Below are positions 49,554 to 62,297 of a stretch of DNA of 64,000 nucleotides, piece after piece; position 1 is the stretch's first letter; each line of letters starts with the position of its first letter. Made by a program: the position numbers and the translations under genes. The stretch is from Orbicella franksi (lineage: Eukaryota): NCBI GenBank assembly GCA_964199315.1, contig OZ116709.1, forward strand, positions 2,294,001 through 2,358,000, written 5' to 3'. Below the pieces are notes generated by a model. It ran no database searches and was not told where the DNA came from. It saw only the letters and a program-made list of their open reading frames with translations.

Positions 49554-49862
49554 CAACTTTGTGTTAAAAATGGAAGAAGGCTGTTTGTAAAGAAAACAAT
49601 GCTCAGTAAAGTCTTGGCTGTAATGTGTGATTTTCACAGTGAACTTGGTTTTAATCAAAGTGAGGCAAGCGTTTATTTTAAAGATAATAAAAAATATATT
49701 TCAACTTTGATTCGTGTAGTGCTGGAAGGATGAGGGTAAAACAGTCCTTGCAGTAGCGGATTTACTAAAGGGATCATGGGGGTTTGTAGAGACTAAGTAT
49801 TCCCTCTCAGTGTTCAGCCCCTGCCTACTCCACCTTCCAGGATATCAGGATCTGCAATTTTT

Positions 49863-50409
49863 TTTTTTAATTTGCTTGGTGGAATCGACACGAGATCGTG
49901 GTATGGAAATCGAAAACAACGACAAAAAAACAAGAACAAATTGATATCGTTTTTTCACCGCGTTTTAGCCATCTGAAAACGAGAAATACTTTTTTTCCGG
50001 TTGGGTCAAAAACCTCGAGGGGGGTGGCGGTTGAGGACTCGGGATGACGTCAAAACAAGAACGCAGATCTACAAATCTTTCGAAAATGTTCACAATTTTG
50101 AACCAAAATTGGAATTACACTTGATCGCGATATTCCTATTACATTTCACGTATTTTTTTCGTTTCTATTTGTTTGGTTTGAAAAATATGTCGATCTACGT
50201 TCTTCAGACGTCAGCATGACTAGTTCCTGGTCCGAACAGCAGGCGGTTTCTGACCCATCCGGAAGTCAAATTTAGCGTTTCCAGATGGTTAAAACGCGAT
50301 GAAAAAAAAACGATATCCGTGTTTGTTTGTTTGTTTGTTTCTTCTTTTTTTTTTTTTTCGATTTCCACATCAAGATCTCGTGTAGATTCCATAAAGCAAA
50401 TAAAAAAAT
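49863..50409. mobile_element. Fold-back/MULE-like element with long (about 115-125 bp) imperfect TIRs
   Basis: The left arm tttgcttggtggaatcgacacgagatc..gatatcgtttttt..cgcgttttagccatctg matches the reverse complement of 50277-50400. Confidence 0.7.
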
Positions 50410-50688
50410 ATCACTTTTTAAAATTGTACTGTCCAACCCGCCTTGTGAATACCTAATCAATACCGGCATTTTCCGTCAGTATGGGCCCTGCGGTGTGAAA
50501 CGGGATTTGACGGTACCCGAGCTACAAACATAGCGAATGATCCGGACATTGTACAATTTCTCCTACTGAGCCAGTTATGCAAGAGTTGTGCTAACCTCGG
50601 AACCCTAACCTACAATCATACCCTCCTTCGCTACATTTGAAAAAACGCCTGATCGCAGGTTGCGGAGACTCCATCTAAACCCTCCATC

Positions 50689-50786
50689 TAGCCTGCAGAA
50701 CAGGCGGATTAGCGGGACAGAGAGCAAAACGCGATACACGAACGCTCATGTATAACGTTTCACTCTCCCGCCTGTTCTGCAGGCTA
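50689..50786. mobile_element. 98-bp MITE
   Basis: Perfect 19-bp inverted ends TAGCCTGCAGAACAGGCGG / CCGCCTGTTCTGCAGGCTA. Confidence 0.75.
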
Positions 50787-51306
50787 CGAGAATGCGAGGA
50801 CCCAGGAGCAGTTAGTGAGAGCGAGGAAAAGTCAAAACAACGACTGCTAGGAAACTTGAAACGTCCTACAGCCGAAACTGAAAATTTTTTTCACCTATTC
50901 TACAGATACAACCGCGTGTCCGCTTTTCCAATTTACTGGCTTTGCTATCTTCATTTTCGACTGGAGTATTCGAAAGCCGGGAAAAAGAAATTGTCTGCTC
51001 TAGTTTACACCATATACCTGAAACGACTGAGCAGACTTTCACAACGGTTAAAACAGCAACAAAGGATGAAGAATTCCTGAAGCTAGAAAAGCAACAAACG
51101 CCGGAAGTTGATTTTCGTTCATTAAAAAAAGTGCAAATAAGAAAGACGTTTTAAAGTAAAAATACTACTTAATACTACTTAAATGCGTTTCTTCCTTGCG
51201 ATTTCAACAAAATATTGAAAACTTTAAGTCCGTTCAGTCTAACCAAGTCGTCTGTAAACACAAACTTTATTTAAATAATTTAATTTCGCCCTTTAAATCG
51301 GTAGAT

Positions 51307-51388
51307 GGTAGCGTGGCCGAGTGGTCTAAGGCGCTGGTTTTAGGCACCAGTCATTTCGATGGCGTGGGTTCGAATCCCACCGCTGCCA
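51307..51388 (+). tRNA. tRNA-Leu(TAG)
   Basis: GGTAGCG..CTGGT-TTTAGGC-ACCAG, long variable arm, GTGGG-TTCGAAT-CCCAC, CGCTGCCA; T8 terminator 4 nt downstream. Confidence 0.97.
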
Positions 51389-51785
51389 CTAATTTTTTTT
51401 CCCCTCCTTTTTTTCCAGTTAGTTCTCATGTCTTTTATATCCTATTTTATTTTACTTTATTTTGCTTTATATTGAATTCGCAAATCTCTTTTGATGAGTT
51501 CCACTGTGCGTGATTACTAAGCCCAATTGAAGTCAATTCGAACCGAAGGTAACGGGGGTTTAATACAATCACATGACAATTTCGAACAGCTTCAGTTTCC
51601 ACAAGAGTATTGTTGGGATTGTTCATTTCCTACCGCTCCCCCCCCCCCCCCCCCCCTTTTCAATAAAAACCAAATCATCGCCATAAATTAGTTTAAAACA
51701 AAAACCGAAATTTGGGGAGTACATTTTAATATCTTCGTCGTGATCGATTGGAGTGTTACAGAACTCTTGAGTCCATTTTGTCTGT

Positions 51786-54359
51786 CTACGACGCCATTTC
51801 TTCTTCGTCTTCTTGCTTTTCTTCAGACACTGTTTCTTCATGAATGTCAGGAAGTTTCGTAGCAATCACATTCAAAAGTTCTTCGATTTCTTGGTCGGTT
51901 TTCAGACGCTCCTCGCTGTCTTCGATGATCTAATTACAAAATTGAAAAAAAAAACAACAACGATAAGACAAACAAATTATACAGGTAATTTAACGGCTGA
52001 GTACTTTCACAAAAAAAATAAAACAAAGGATCATTGTGATATAAACAAGACTAAAATCAAGTTGTTGATCTAATTGCTTGCCATAACCTATAGGATTGGA
52101 AAAATAATGACTGTACAAGGTATAACCGAACAGCCAAAAAATAGTGCAAAGGAATCAGAAGGACTATAAAGAATCAGTTGGGTAAAACTTACCAGTTGAA
52201 TTTCAACTGGTGTTGTTGGTCTCAGGTTCAAAAGTTGAAGCTTCTCCGCTCTGTTAAAAAAATTGATAATAATATAAACCTCAAAACAGAATTATAACAA
52301 GGATGCATGAACACAAATTGACAATTCTTTCATTTTATAAACTGGTAGATGCAAACCTTGTCAAGTTAAATGGTTGTATAGCTTTGAGGAATTCTTCAAT
52401 TATCTCAGGACTCTGACAAAGAATATCAACAGGTCACAAACTACATTTAAACAATAATGCAGAAAAAAATATATTTCTTTCTATTACAAGGCCTTAAATA
52501 GTAACACTACTTCAACATCTATTTTATTATTTATTTTTATTTCAGTCAAATAATGATGCTGAAACTTCCCAAAATACAACTCAAGACAATAGAAATCCCA
52601 ATCTCCACAAGAAACATTATTAATATAAATTAGATGAAGGTATGCATTCTGGACCTATTATGAGGTCAACATTATCTAATCAATCAATCAATCAATCAAT
52701 CATTTTTATTTCTCAAGTTACATTTTACAGTTGGACTGGCCTGCAGATAGCTAGTGCTAGTCTAGGCAGGCCAGTCTATCAAGATAAAGCTCATAACAAA
52801 ATTATTCAAGAACCTGATGTCTTACATGTTATTTTCTTTTCAGTGAGACCCACTGAATAAGCACTTTGTTCCTAATTAGTGACCCCCTATGAATGTGTGT
52901 TTATAAGCTCCCCAATTCAAAAAATAGACCGTACGCCAACATGCACTCCTGCCATGGATACACTCCTAAACCAAAAGCCACTCTATTCTGTTTCCAGTAT
53001 AGTGATGGTTCTCTGTTGGCCAAACTGACAGCTTAATAGGGTTCCACTGTGCTTTGTCTCACCTGGCTTTTACAAGGAGTTTTCTCTAGATGTTTTTGAG
53101 CCTATGAAAGGAACATAATACCTCAATCAGAACTTAAAGAACATAAGTTAGTCTGAGTCAAATTTAAAGAGGCCCTATTCAAAATGTTTTTGTGCTAGCC
53201 TCATAACAAATTGTTGACAGGTTGACAAGGTGTTTCTGTCGTTTCTTTGACTTGTCTCCTTTATTTTGGTTGACTGTCTCTTGGAGCAACTGAAACACCT
53301 GCAAAATTTTAAAAACAAAACATTAATGAGCAGGCTTAGTGGTAGGGCATTCTAACACATTGCATTAAGTCTCTGGTACACAAGGTAATCTATTTCAAAA
53401 GGTAATTAAATAAAAGTTGTGGAACAATTTTTTGAAACTTTCCCTGAATATCCCCTACCAAGCACTGTTCCAAAAAACACAAAAAAGATAGGTCACCATG
53501 CTTGAAAAAAGAGATATGAAGGGCCTATCGTACCCAATTTATGCCTAATCACGTGTGTCCTTTTGTTGGTTTACATTACATTTTGCGGTTGCTGGAAGCA
53601 AAGTTTTTGAAAGAAATACTCATTTAAGAGAAAATGAGCCTTAATTTTGCTGTCAAGCTTGGCTTGTCAATGAAAGCTCTTGATTTTGTGTATCATATCT
53701 TATGTACATGCCAGTGAGCACACTGTAATCCAGGGTGCATTCCGTAAGACTTCCTAAATTTTTAGGCCACGCCAAAGATCTTCAGCATAACCAACACTGA
53801 GTTCACCCTGGGTTCTAATTACACAAAAATTGTGCACAGCTTGAATGTACAATACAATTTCAAGGAATCGCCTTAATTTTACCCATGCCAATTTTACCTC
53901 ATAATTACTCAGCATGGCAGCCTTCTCATTGATACTGTAAATTAAAATAAAAAAAATATTTGTATAAGTTTCAATCTGTAAGCCCAGCATCATTAATTTC
54001 CACGACATTTCGAGCAATCTTACATGGGTAATATTTTTAAACACTGAGTAGATTGTTTGAAAGATGCGACATGACGGACGGACAACATCAATCTACTTCA
54101 TAAGGGGTCGTCAGGAGGTTTAGGTACCCTCACGAAAAATTGGCAGTCCCGCAGATTTCGATTGTTTTTGTTTTATTTTTTTGGTTGGCAATTCTGCAGT
54201 TAGCCTAAGTAACACTACCTCGACAGTGGTTAGTTCTCAATAATAGTAAGGGATATAAGCTTACTATATGTAAAGACTGGTTGCGTACATATCGCTCATA
54301 GTTACGCCGGTTATGTCACTGGATCATACAATAAAAATTTTTTATACTTACACTTCCAT
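51786..54359 (-). CDS. CRCP: RNA polymerase III subunit RPC9 / CGRP-receptor component protein, 146 aa
   Basis: Exons 54359-54352 (ATGGAAGT), 53934-53898, 53298-53200, 53101-53063, 52412-52357, 52250-52193, 51929-51786 (441 nt). Product [78 protein letters not shown] matches CRCP as I recall it. Intron 3 needs a GC donor. Confidence 0.9.
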
Positions 54360-55236
54360 TTTCTCGACGCTTTGTTACTGAGTCTTCAGTCTCATTTTTA
54401 GGTCGCTTCGAACAAGCACAAATTCTCCATTCAACATCTCTGGAAGATTCCACTTAGGCCGCCATTTTGAAGTGATGTATTGTGGGAGAACTCACTCCAG
54501 TCCTTGCGCGACTCCTTGCGCGGAGTTCACGGACGTTATGGACGATAAAGATGCCGAATAAATCTCCCAGTTGATCTTTGTAATCGATCGCTTTACGTGT
54601 CTATGTCTGGCTTGCCCGGCTTGGCTTGCTCTCCACAGCCCCTATTACTCCAGCGGCATTATAACTTGTCTTCAGACCCACCTCTGATCGAGCAGATCAA
54701 CTGGAGACTTTTTTACTTCAAACCAGCATTGAATATGAAGTAAATGAAATCTTAGCCCATGAATCTGACCAATCAAATCAGCAGTTCTACAACATCATTC
54801 TTAGGGCTCTTTCTGACTGCTTTTTATCTGAAAAAACTGTCATTGCAAGAGTTTTCCAGACATCGAAGCTGGAAGATGAATGATACTGTTCACGCTAAGA
54901 TGTGAACGCCCTCGTCGAGTTCGTTACGTGTTTATCACTCCTTGTATAGAGATAGCCAACCAGACTGATCTCAAATGCCAAAGACATATGTATTGTACTG
55001 GCCACGCTAGATGCAGTTTCTGGCATGTTGCGACTCGATGAAACAGTTGATCATTGAAGTATCAGCTAAGTATTATTTTACAATCAAGCTATATTAGTTG
55101 GAATTCAAAGTTCGGAAGGAATCAGTATGTGAGATGACAGAATTCTGTGTAAATTCATGGCCGACTGAGAGTGGGTGCATTGTCAGCCAAGTTAACATGG
55201 GCTAGATTCAGGCAAATAGCTATTTCGATAGATCGA

Positions 55237-55634
55237 CAACTTCACTAAGATTTTGCTGGGCTCTTGCACAAGCTTCGCAAGGTATGAATGCTGTGTCATA
55301 TGTCTGTGTTGATGATTCCTGACAAGTCTTGGCATTAGCAACATCTTCAACAGCAAGAGTAAGATCTTGCGCAGGAGTTGAGCTTTCTAGGGATAATTCC
55401 TCTGATGGTGAAAGAATAAACTTGACGGAAGATCTATTTGCACTCTGACTTTGAACTTTCCCTTTAACAACAGATGATTTGCCTGATCTTTTATCCAAAG
55501 CTTGTTTGAAAAGTTTCACCTCATCTCGCAGCTCTGTAATAGTGTCCCCCATTTTGGACATTGTCTTGTTCTTGGTTTTACTATAAAGAAGACAAAATTA
55601 CCTGCTGCTTTACCATTTGTTTCTCAGGATTGAT
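55237..55634 (-). pseudogene. Duplicated partial CCDC157 exon (copy of 60091-60488)
   Basis: 14 substitutions over 398 bp, no indels. The copy includes intron flank; the original acceptor AG is mutated to AT. Confidence 0.92.
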
Positions 55635-56123
55635 CTAAGATTGAGCTTGGCAAGTCAGGCTAGACTACATGTACTGAAGAGAATTGAAATCCGGCGTTGT
55701 TTTGTTTTGTTTTGTTTTGTTTTTTGTTTTTTTTGCTGCCGTTAGAAGTTTTGATGTCTTGCAAACAACACATTCCACATGTGATGGACGTCACTGTTCA
55801 TCAAAACAGTTTGATCTAAAGATTGCACTGTCAGCTCTTCAAGCTTGTTGGCAAAAAATTGCCGATTTCAGGGCTATAGAGAATGTAGATTCTAGATTAG
55901 GACTGGGAATGTTCCTTAGCCAGTGAATTCAGTTAGTGACGAACTGGCTTGGTTTGAGCAGGTTAGCATCCTCGTCAGTGGGCTTCTGTTCCTTGAATTG
56001 CATGGCAATCGCCGATATTCAGCCGATATTCAGCAAACAGAGGCAGCGTGGCGGAGTAGAAAGAAATACTCATTTAAGAGAAAACGAGCGGACTAATGCA
56101 AATCCTGCATTTTAATTGGCTAC

Positions 56124-56160
56124 GCTACTAGAGGACTATTAGTAATAGTCCTCGAGTAGC
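56124..56160. repeat. 18-bp-arm hairpin in a repeat-like segment
   Basis: gctactagaggactatta-g-taatagtcctcgagtagc, one mismatch. Confidence 0.7.
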
Positions 56161-56565
56161 GAAATTCGCGCAATCGAGCGTGACGCTTTCTTTCGTTTTA
56201 TTCCCAAATAGATATTTCTTCACCTTGTATTTGCTAACTTTCTTATTGCCTTTTCTGTCCGACTAGTTGGGTGATACTAAAACAATTAGCCATTAGGTCA
56301 CGGTGCGCATGCCTCTTTTAATATGTAAGCTGACCCTCCTAGTATCAGGGACAACTTTTCTCCGTATAAACAGGTTTCTGCACTCCTCAGCAACCCACTT
56401 ACGCTACCGCCGTGCCTGTACGACGCACTCGTTAGTAACAAAATAAAGTGTTACGTGACAAAGATCATAAGCATTTAATGCATCATACCAATCTAAATTT
56501 GTGTAAATTCTCAATGCTCTTCGCAAACTCATAACAGTTTAATCGAAGCTTTAAGCGCTATTTGG

Positions 56566-59500
56566 TCACGTGTAATTTTCACTGACCGAGCCATAACAAA
56601 ATGATTTATGAATGTCCAAGTCTTTTTGTGTGTTGTACATCTTATCACAACTTGTACAAACAAACACGTTCACAGGGGTGTACCGTGTTGAAGTAGGACT
56701 TACACCCCCAAAGTCACGCCCACCCCTCCCGTCACGGGCAGTCACATCCCAGGTGGGGGCGGGGGAATGCTCCCATTCGTGTTTCTGAGGTTCTCCTTCC
56801 GCTAGTCTTCCTAAGATACTCGTGGCGTGTTTTCCACTGGCGGCAAGTTTTGCACTCAGCGAGGCACTCTGTCGTTTCTCCGTCAATCTCGAGGTTGTTG
56901 CCTTTGTTCTTGTCTTAGCGGACTGGGCTCTAGGTTTCTCTGGTGGGCGGGGTTGTAATTGATTCGACATGTAATTGTCTGAGTAGGACCGCTGTCCTTC
57001 CCTTATTGCAGACGCAGGCCTTTTCTGTGTCACGTTGGGGTTTTCTTCGTAGACAGCAAGTGCGGGGGATCTGCAAGTTAGATACCTACATTCAGTATCT
57101 AGAAATATCACAATAAATGGGAATGTATTTAACTTCACTTCAAAGAACCGCCCACACGCAAATTGAAATGCTTGCCGTTAATTAACGTGATCAAGGAGCT
57201 ACTTGCAGACACTAGACACTGTGAAGTCCATATCTAGTACATCTACGAAGGTGTGCACAATGGACAATGCTGAACAACTCATTACAAGGGTTCGCCACGT
57301 AATTCTATATTCAGAGCCATTCAATCAAGGCGAAGAGAAGAGCAGTTGTGAGTCCTGAGACTAGAACGACAAATTCCACACTATACATTTTTAAAAGAAA
57401 ATTTCCATAAGTCAATAACGTGTTGTTTGAAGTGCCTTGGTCTCCAACACCACAAAAGGACAAATTAATAAAAATTGATACCTTCGGAGTGAATCTTCTT
57501 GTTCGTCGATTAGCCGTTCTTCACTAGAAGACTTCCACAAGGCAACAGGTTCCTGTACCTAGAAAATTAAAAAAAGTGGGGAAACCAATAACGCTTTTTA
57601 GTCTATTGCCAAGAATGCTTTTGTTATTTGAGACACGGAATCATCAGTTTGTTTTGTTTTTCCCAGTTTCAGAAAACAGAAGACGGAAGTAATCCAGTTA
57701 GTCAGCTTCACGTAGAAATGTTACCTGTAGGGGATTGTATGTAAACGCATGCGTCGTGCAGAACATTCATTCGCTTACCTTTTTCTTAGAAATGCTGTCA
57801 CGGGCATTCATCAGAAAAGTGATAGAGGTCCTCAGCTTTTCATTTTGTTCCTCTAGCGTCATAATTCTTATGTTGTTGGCCATGACTTGGCGCTCCATGT
57901 CTTTAGCGACATCTGCTTCTGACGGCACGTCGCCATTAAACATGACTTCTTTGTCGGATTGGGAAGTCTTCTGTTGTTTGGCCGCGTCAATAGACGGAAA
58001 CTCAACCACAAGTTGAAGCTTTTCTTCGCTTTCCTTTAGCTGTTGCTCAAGTTCTCCCGTCTTTGCTTCAAACTCCTCCACTTCTCGCAGTAGCTTTTCC
58101 TTCTCGCTTCTAAGTTCTTCAAGAAGATTCTATGGAAAAAATTATGAGAGAGGCGGAAGTTGGCGACTTTTCTAAGCTTTCAGTTTGTAGGGAACGAAGT
58201 TTGATTTTGTAATCATGTAATTACATGTTAACATTGCATCTCACGGAAGTACAAAACACAGCCAAACACAATCAAGGCCCATTTACCTGTTTAGAATCAA
58301 GTTCTTCAGAAAGCTTGTCCTTTTCAGAATGAAGATTTTCCACCACACCTTGAAGCTCGTCTCTCTCTCCTTCTGTTTCTAGAACCCTGTCCCTTAACTC
58401 TTCACATTCACTGTCCAACTCATCAACCCTCTTAAGAAGTGCGTCATGTTTGCTTTGCAAAGCCTGAAATAAAAAAAAAAAACCTTGAGTTAAGGCCGGG
58501 TTAGTATGGGGGAATAGTCCCTTATATGGGCTATATAGGTATGTGCAGCACAAAGGGGATGGTTTTGGAGCCGTTTTGATCTGAGATAGCGTGTACTCTG
58601 GTCTTGCACTGCGTATGTCTCTTTTTTTTATTACAATTAAGACCATCAACATCGTATATTGTACTGACAGTTTCACAGCTTTCTTAAACATTGATCTGAA
58701 CTAGGAACCTGAGTGAAAGGCAGGCCTGAAATAATAGGGTATTGATGTAAGGATCAGGTCTGAAACAGGGCATTGAATTTTGGGTTGGTTCTGAAATAGG
58801 GTAGAGGAAATCACAAATCTCTAAAAAGAACAATTTTAGCTGTGAATAGGGTGTTTGATTCTATCTGCGGAAGCTAGCCTTCAGGAAATAGTGTTGTAAA
58901 AACACTAACCCTGTCTTGCAAATATATGGTGCAAGTTTCTGGTAAGAGTTTAGAAGCATCTTCCTCTACCTAACACACCCAGTACCTCCCAATGCCCACT
59001 TCCAAGGCTGCACGCCATTTAGTACAGTTCTTTACACAACACAAAAGGACTGATAACCTTCTAAGCATTATGCTGGCAATAAGGTATGATATCAGAAAAT
59101 TACAGTAATGTTACTTGTTCATGTTTTTCCATTGTCTTATTCCTGGCTTGTGTTTTGCCCAGTTCAATGGAAGTATTCTTCAGTTTAAAATGCAAATCAT
59201 CTAGTTCCACTTTCAACTGTTGAACTTCAGATTCTACGACAGTTAGCCTTGCCACTTCCTTGGACTCCTTATCTAATTCTGTTAACAGTTTGGAGTTCTC
59301 TTCCCCTAAAGCAAAGCAAAGAAATCTAATTTTCAAAAAACGATTACAGCAAATCCCACATTTATAAAAACATAAAATCATAATAATAGCACACATTGTT
59401 TGTGTACATCTGCGAAAAAAGGCTGCATGCAAAGTGCCTCTGACTTCAATACTCTACCTTTCAGAAACTTGTGAACTTAGAAGTTTAAAAGCCAACTGAA

Positions 59501-62297
59501 AATAATGATTGATTAATTACACTGATATTAATCATAATTAATCATAATCTTGCATAATTGCATATTGCATAATTGTGAATTTAAACTCCCTAAACTTCAG
59601 TGATCAATTATTGAGTTGTTGACTTTACCAAGAGTTTTAACAGTCTCTTTATACTTCTTTTTCTTTTCTTCCAATTTAACTACCATGTCATGAAGCACAT
59701 CTTTTCCTTTCACAAGGTCATTGTTCATTTTTTCTGCATCAGATAACAGTTGATCTTTCTCTGCAACAACTTTGTTGAGCTGCTGTTTAAACTCTTCCTC
59801 CTTTTGCTGGACTTTACTGTGTTCATCTGACAGTTGCTTTTCTAAGTCTTTAATTTGCTTCTCAAGATTAGTGCAAGCCTGTTTTGATCTGCTAAGTTTC
59901 TCTTCTAGTGGATTAATCTGAGCATACAAGTTGTCTAAGTGATCATTTATTCTTCCAAGATCCTGGTTTTGTTCAGATGTCCACCTTGACACATCAGCAG
60001 CAGCCATAAGTGACTGCCGCAAGAGTTTCTTCTGCTTTGCTAATGAAGAAGGAAGGCCTTGAGATTCACAAACTTTAATGACCATACTACCAACTTCAAT
60101 AAGATTTTGCTGGGTTCTTGCACAAGCTTCGCAAGGTATGAATGCTGTGTCATATGTCTGTGTTGATGATTCCTGACAAGTCTTGGCATTAGCAACATCT
60201 TCAACAGCAAGAGTAAGATCTTGTGCAGGAGTTGAGCTTTCTAGGGATAATTCCTCTGATGGTGAAAGAATAAACTTGACAGAAGATCTATTTGCACTCT
60301 GACTTTGAACTTTCCCTTTAACGACGGATGATTTGCCTGATCTTTTATCCAAAGCTTGTTTAAAAAGTTTCACCTCATCTCGCAGCTCTGTAATAGTGCC
60401 CTCCATTTTGGACATTGTCTTGTTCTTGGTTTTACTCTAAAGAAGACACAATTACCTGCTGTTTTACCCTTTGTTTCTCAAGATTGATGAAAATCTTAGT
60501 ACAATATGGTATAAACTTATTATCAAGTCAACAAGAACAGGCAACAATAATAAATGAAATAATCAACAACTTGGAAACCATATTATGATAATGCAACACC
60601 AAACTCTTAGAGCTAACTTGATTTCTAAGCTCTGGATATCACTATCCAGTGGATAAATAACTATGATCTGTGCAGTGGATAGCATAAAATGTTTTGACAA
60701 AACAGTTGAACCCCTCTATTTTGAATCCTCAGGGGAAATGGAAAATAGTTCAAAAAAAGTGGAGGTTTGAAATAACTGATAGTAAATGGCTGAAGGGTAA
60801 ATCCACGAGAAATTATTTTGAGTTCAAAATAACGGGGAATTTGAAATAACCAAGTTCGAATTGCTGGGGTCCAACTATACATACCAGATAGCGATTAATC
60901 TGGCCCCAGTTGTTCGAAAAGTGGATAACGCTATCCAGTGGATAAGTGTTGGCAAAACAAACCAATCTATCCACTGGATAGCGATTTATCCAGTGGATGG
61001 CCTGGTGGATAGCGTTATCCACAACAAAATGGCACTACATGTAAGAGTCAATGTGGGATACAGAGTGTCTGTAAGGGTTAACCCTTATGGAAACTTAACC
61101 ACTGCCGAGTCAGTGATATCAATTATAGGCTAACCTGTTCTCTATTTGTGCTAACTGGAGCACTACATTTAGGCTAACCATAGAACCATTTTGTCATTTC
61201 ATCTTTTAACCATGCCTGCACCAGACGAATCAAAAATGTTTTGGATGAGAACTGTTACCAAAACAAAATGTACTGGGAGTAGATGATCTGTTTTTGAGGA
61301 ACTGGAATAAGAAATGCAAATTTAACAAAGAGAATGCCATTGCACCCTTTACCTCAAACTGAAGCTGCTGTGTTGTCTGTTGAGCATGAACCAATTTGCT
61401 CCAGAACTTTTTAGCCACCAATCCAACAGACATGGCAGAACCAAGAATTTTACCACTACCAGGCCTGCCATCGCACGTGGTCAGCAGCTGATCACTATAC
61501 TGAGCCATACCTTGAAGCAGTAGCACAAGCCTGATTCAAGAAATTTTAAAATTGTGTTTATTATGACTGCACAACAAATGGTATCTTCAGCTATCTGTGG
61601 GTGAACCTTGAACTTTTTTCTCCACACCAAGATTCCAAGCTCTTTAAAAGTTAATATCCTAACTCAAGGCAAAGTAACAAACTGAGGAATTTTATGTTGT
61701 CTAATAGGGATTCAAGTCTACCCCAGAACATTGAGTCCACCAATTTTCTCAAATTTGCCTCTAAAATACCTTCACCTGCCCGTCAGGCTAGGGTACGTGG
61801 AGGATAGAATCAGCTAGCCCAAATGCAAAATCCAATAGCTCTGTGCTACCAGACAAAACTTTCTTTGCTCTCTTGTTGTCATTTTGAGTTTTTGAAACAC
61901 TTATTTTCATCAGTTTTTTTCTGAATAATCAAATTATCAAAATCTGTAGCAATAAAAAAGAACCCATTTAACTGGTTTGTAAAAGTTCAAACCAGATAAA
62001 GATTTAAAACCACTACATGAGCATTTAAATACAACATGTTGATTGTATTTACCTGTCGATCAAAAGTTCAAAGAGAATGATGTGTGACAGTTTGCAGTGG
62101 TCGTCATCACTGGAATATGAATATCTTTCCAGTAGATCGTCAATATCAAGTTCACATGATATTTTATCCGGATATTTCCATGAAGGACTTCTGACAGGTC
62201 CCACTCTGGACAACAAATCCATTACTGTTGTTTGAACATCACTGATGTCCTGCCTTAAGCTGTCCAAACAAGCTTGACTTCCAAGAAGATGAGCCAT
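56566..62297 (-). CDS. CCDC157: Coiled-coil domain-containing protein 157, about 843 aa, with a C-terminal C2HC finger
   Basis: Exons 62297-62053 (MAHLLGSQACLDSLRQD..GPVRSPSWKYPD..ELLIDR), 61530-61353, 60436-59629, 59305-59115, 58463-58287, 58129-57779, 57558-57482, 57070-56566 (2532 nt, in frame). Confidence 0.9.
60702..60879. mobile_element. Degenerate Tigger-like MITE
   Basis: Ends acagttgaacccc / ggggtccaactat are imperfect inverted repeats. Confidence 0.5.

Noticed and set aside
60437-60478. 21-nt micro-exon (KQRVKQQ) upstream of CCDC157 exon 3
   Set aside because: The following intron would be only 19 nt, too short to splice.
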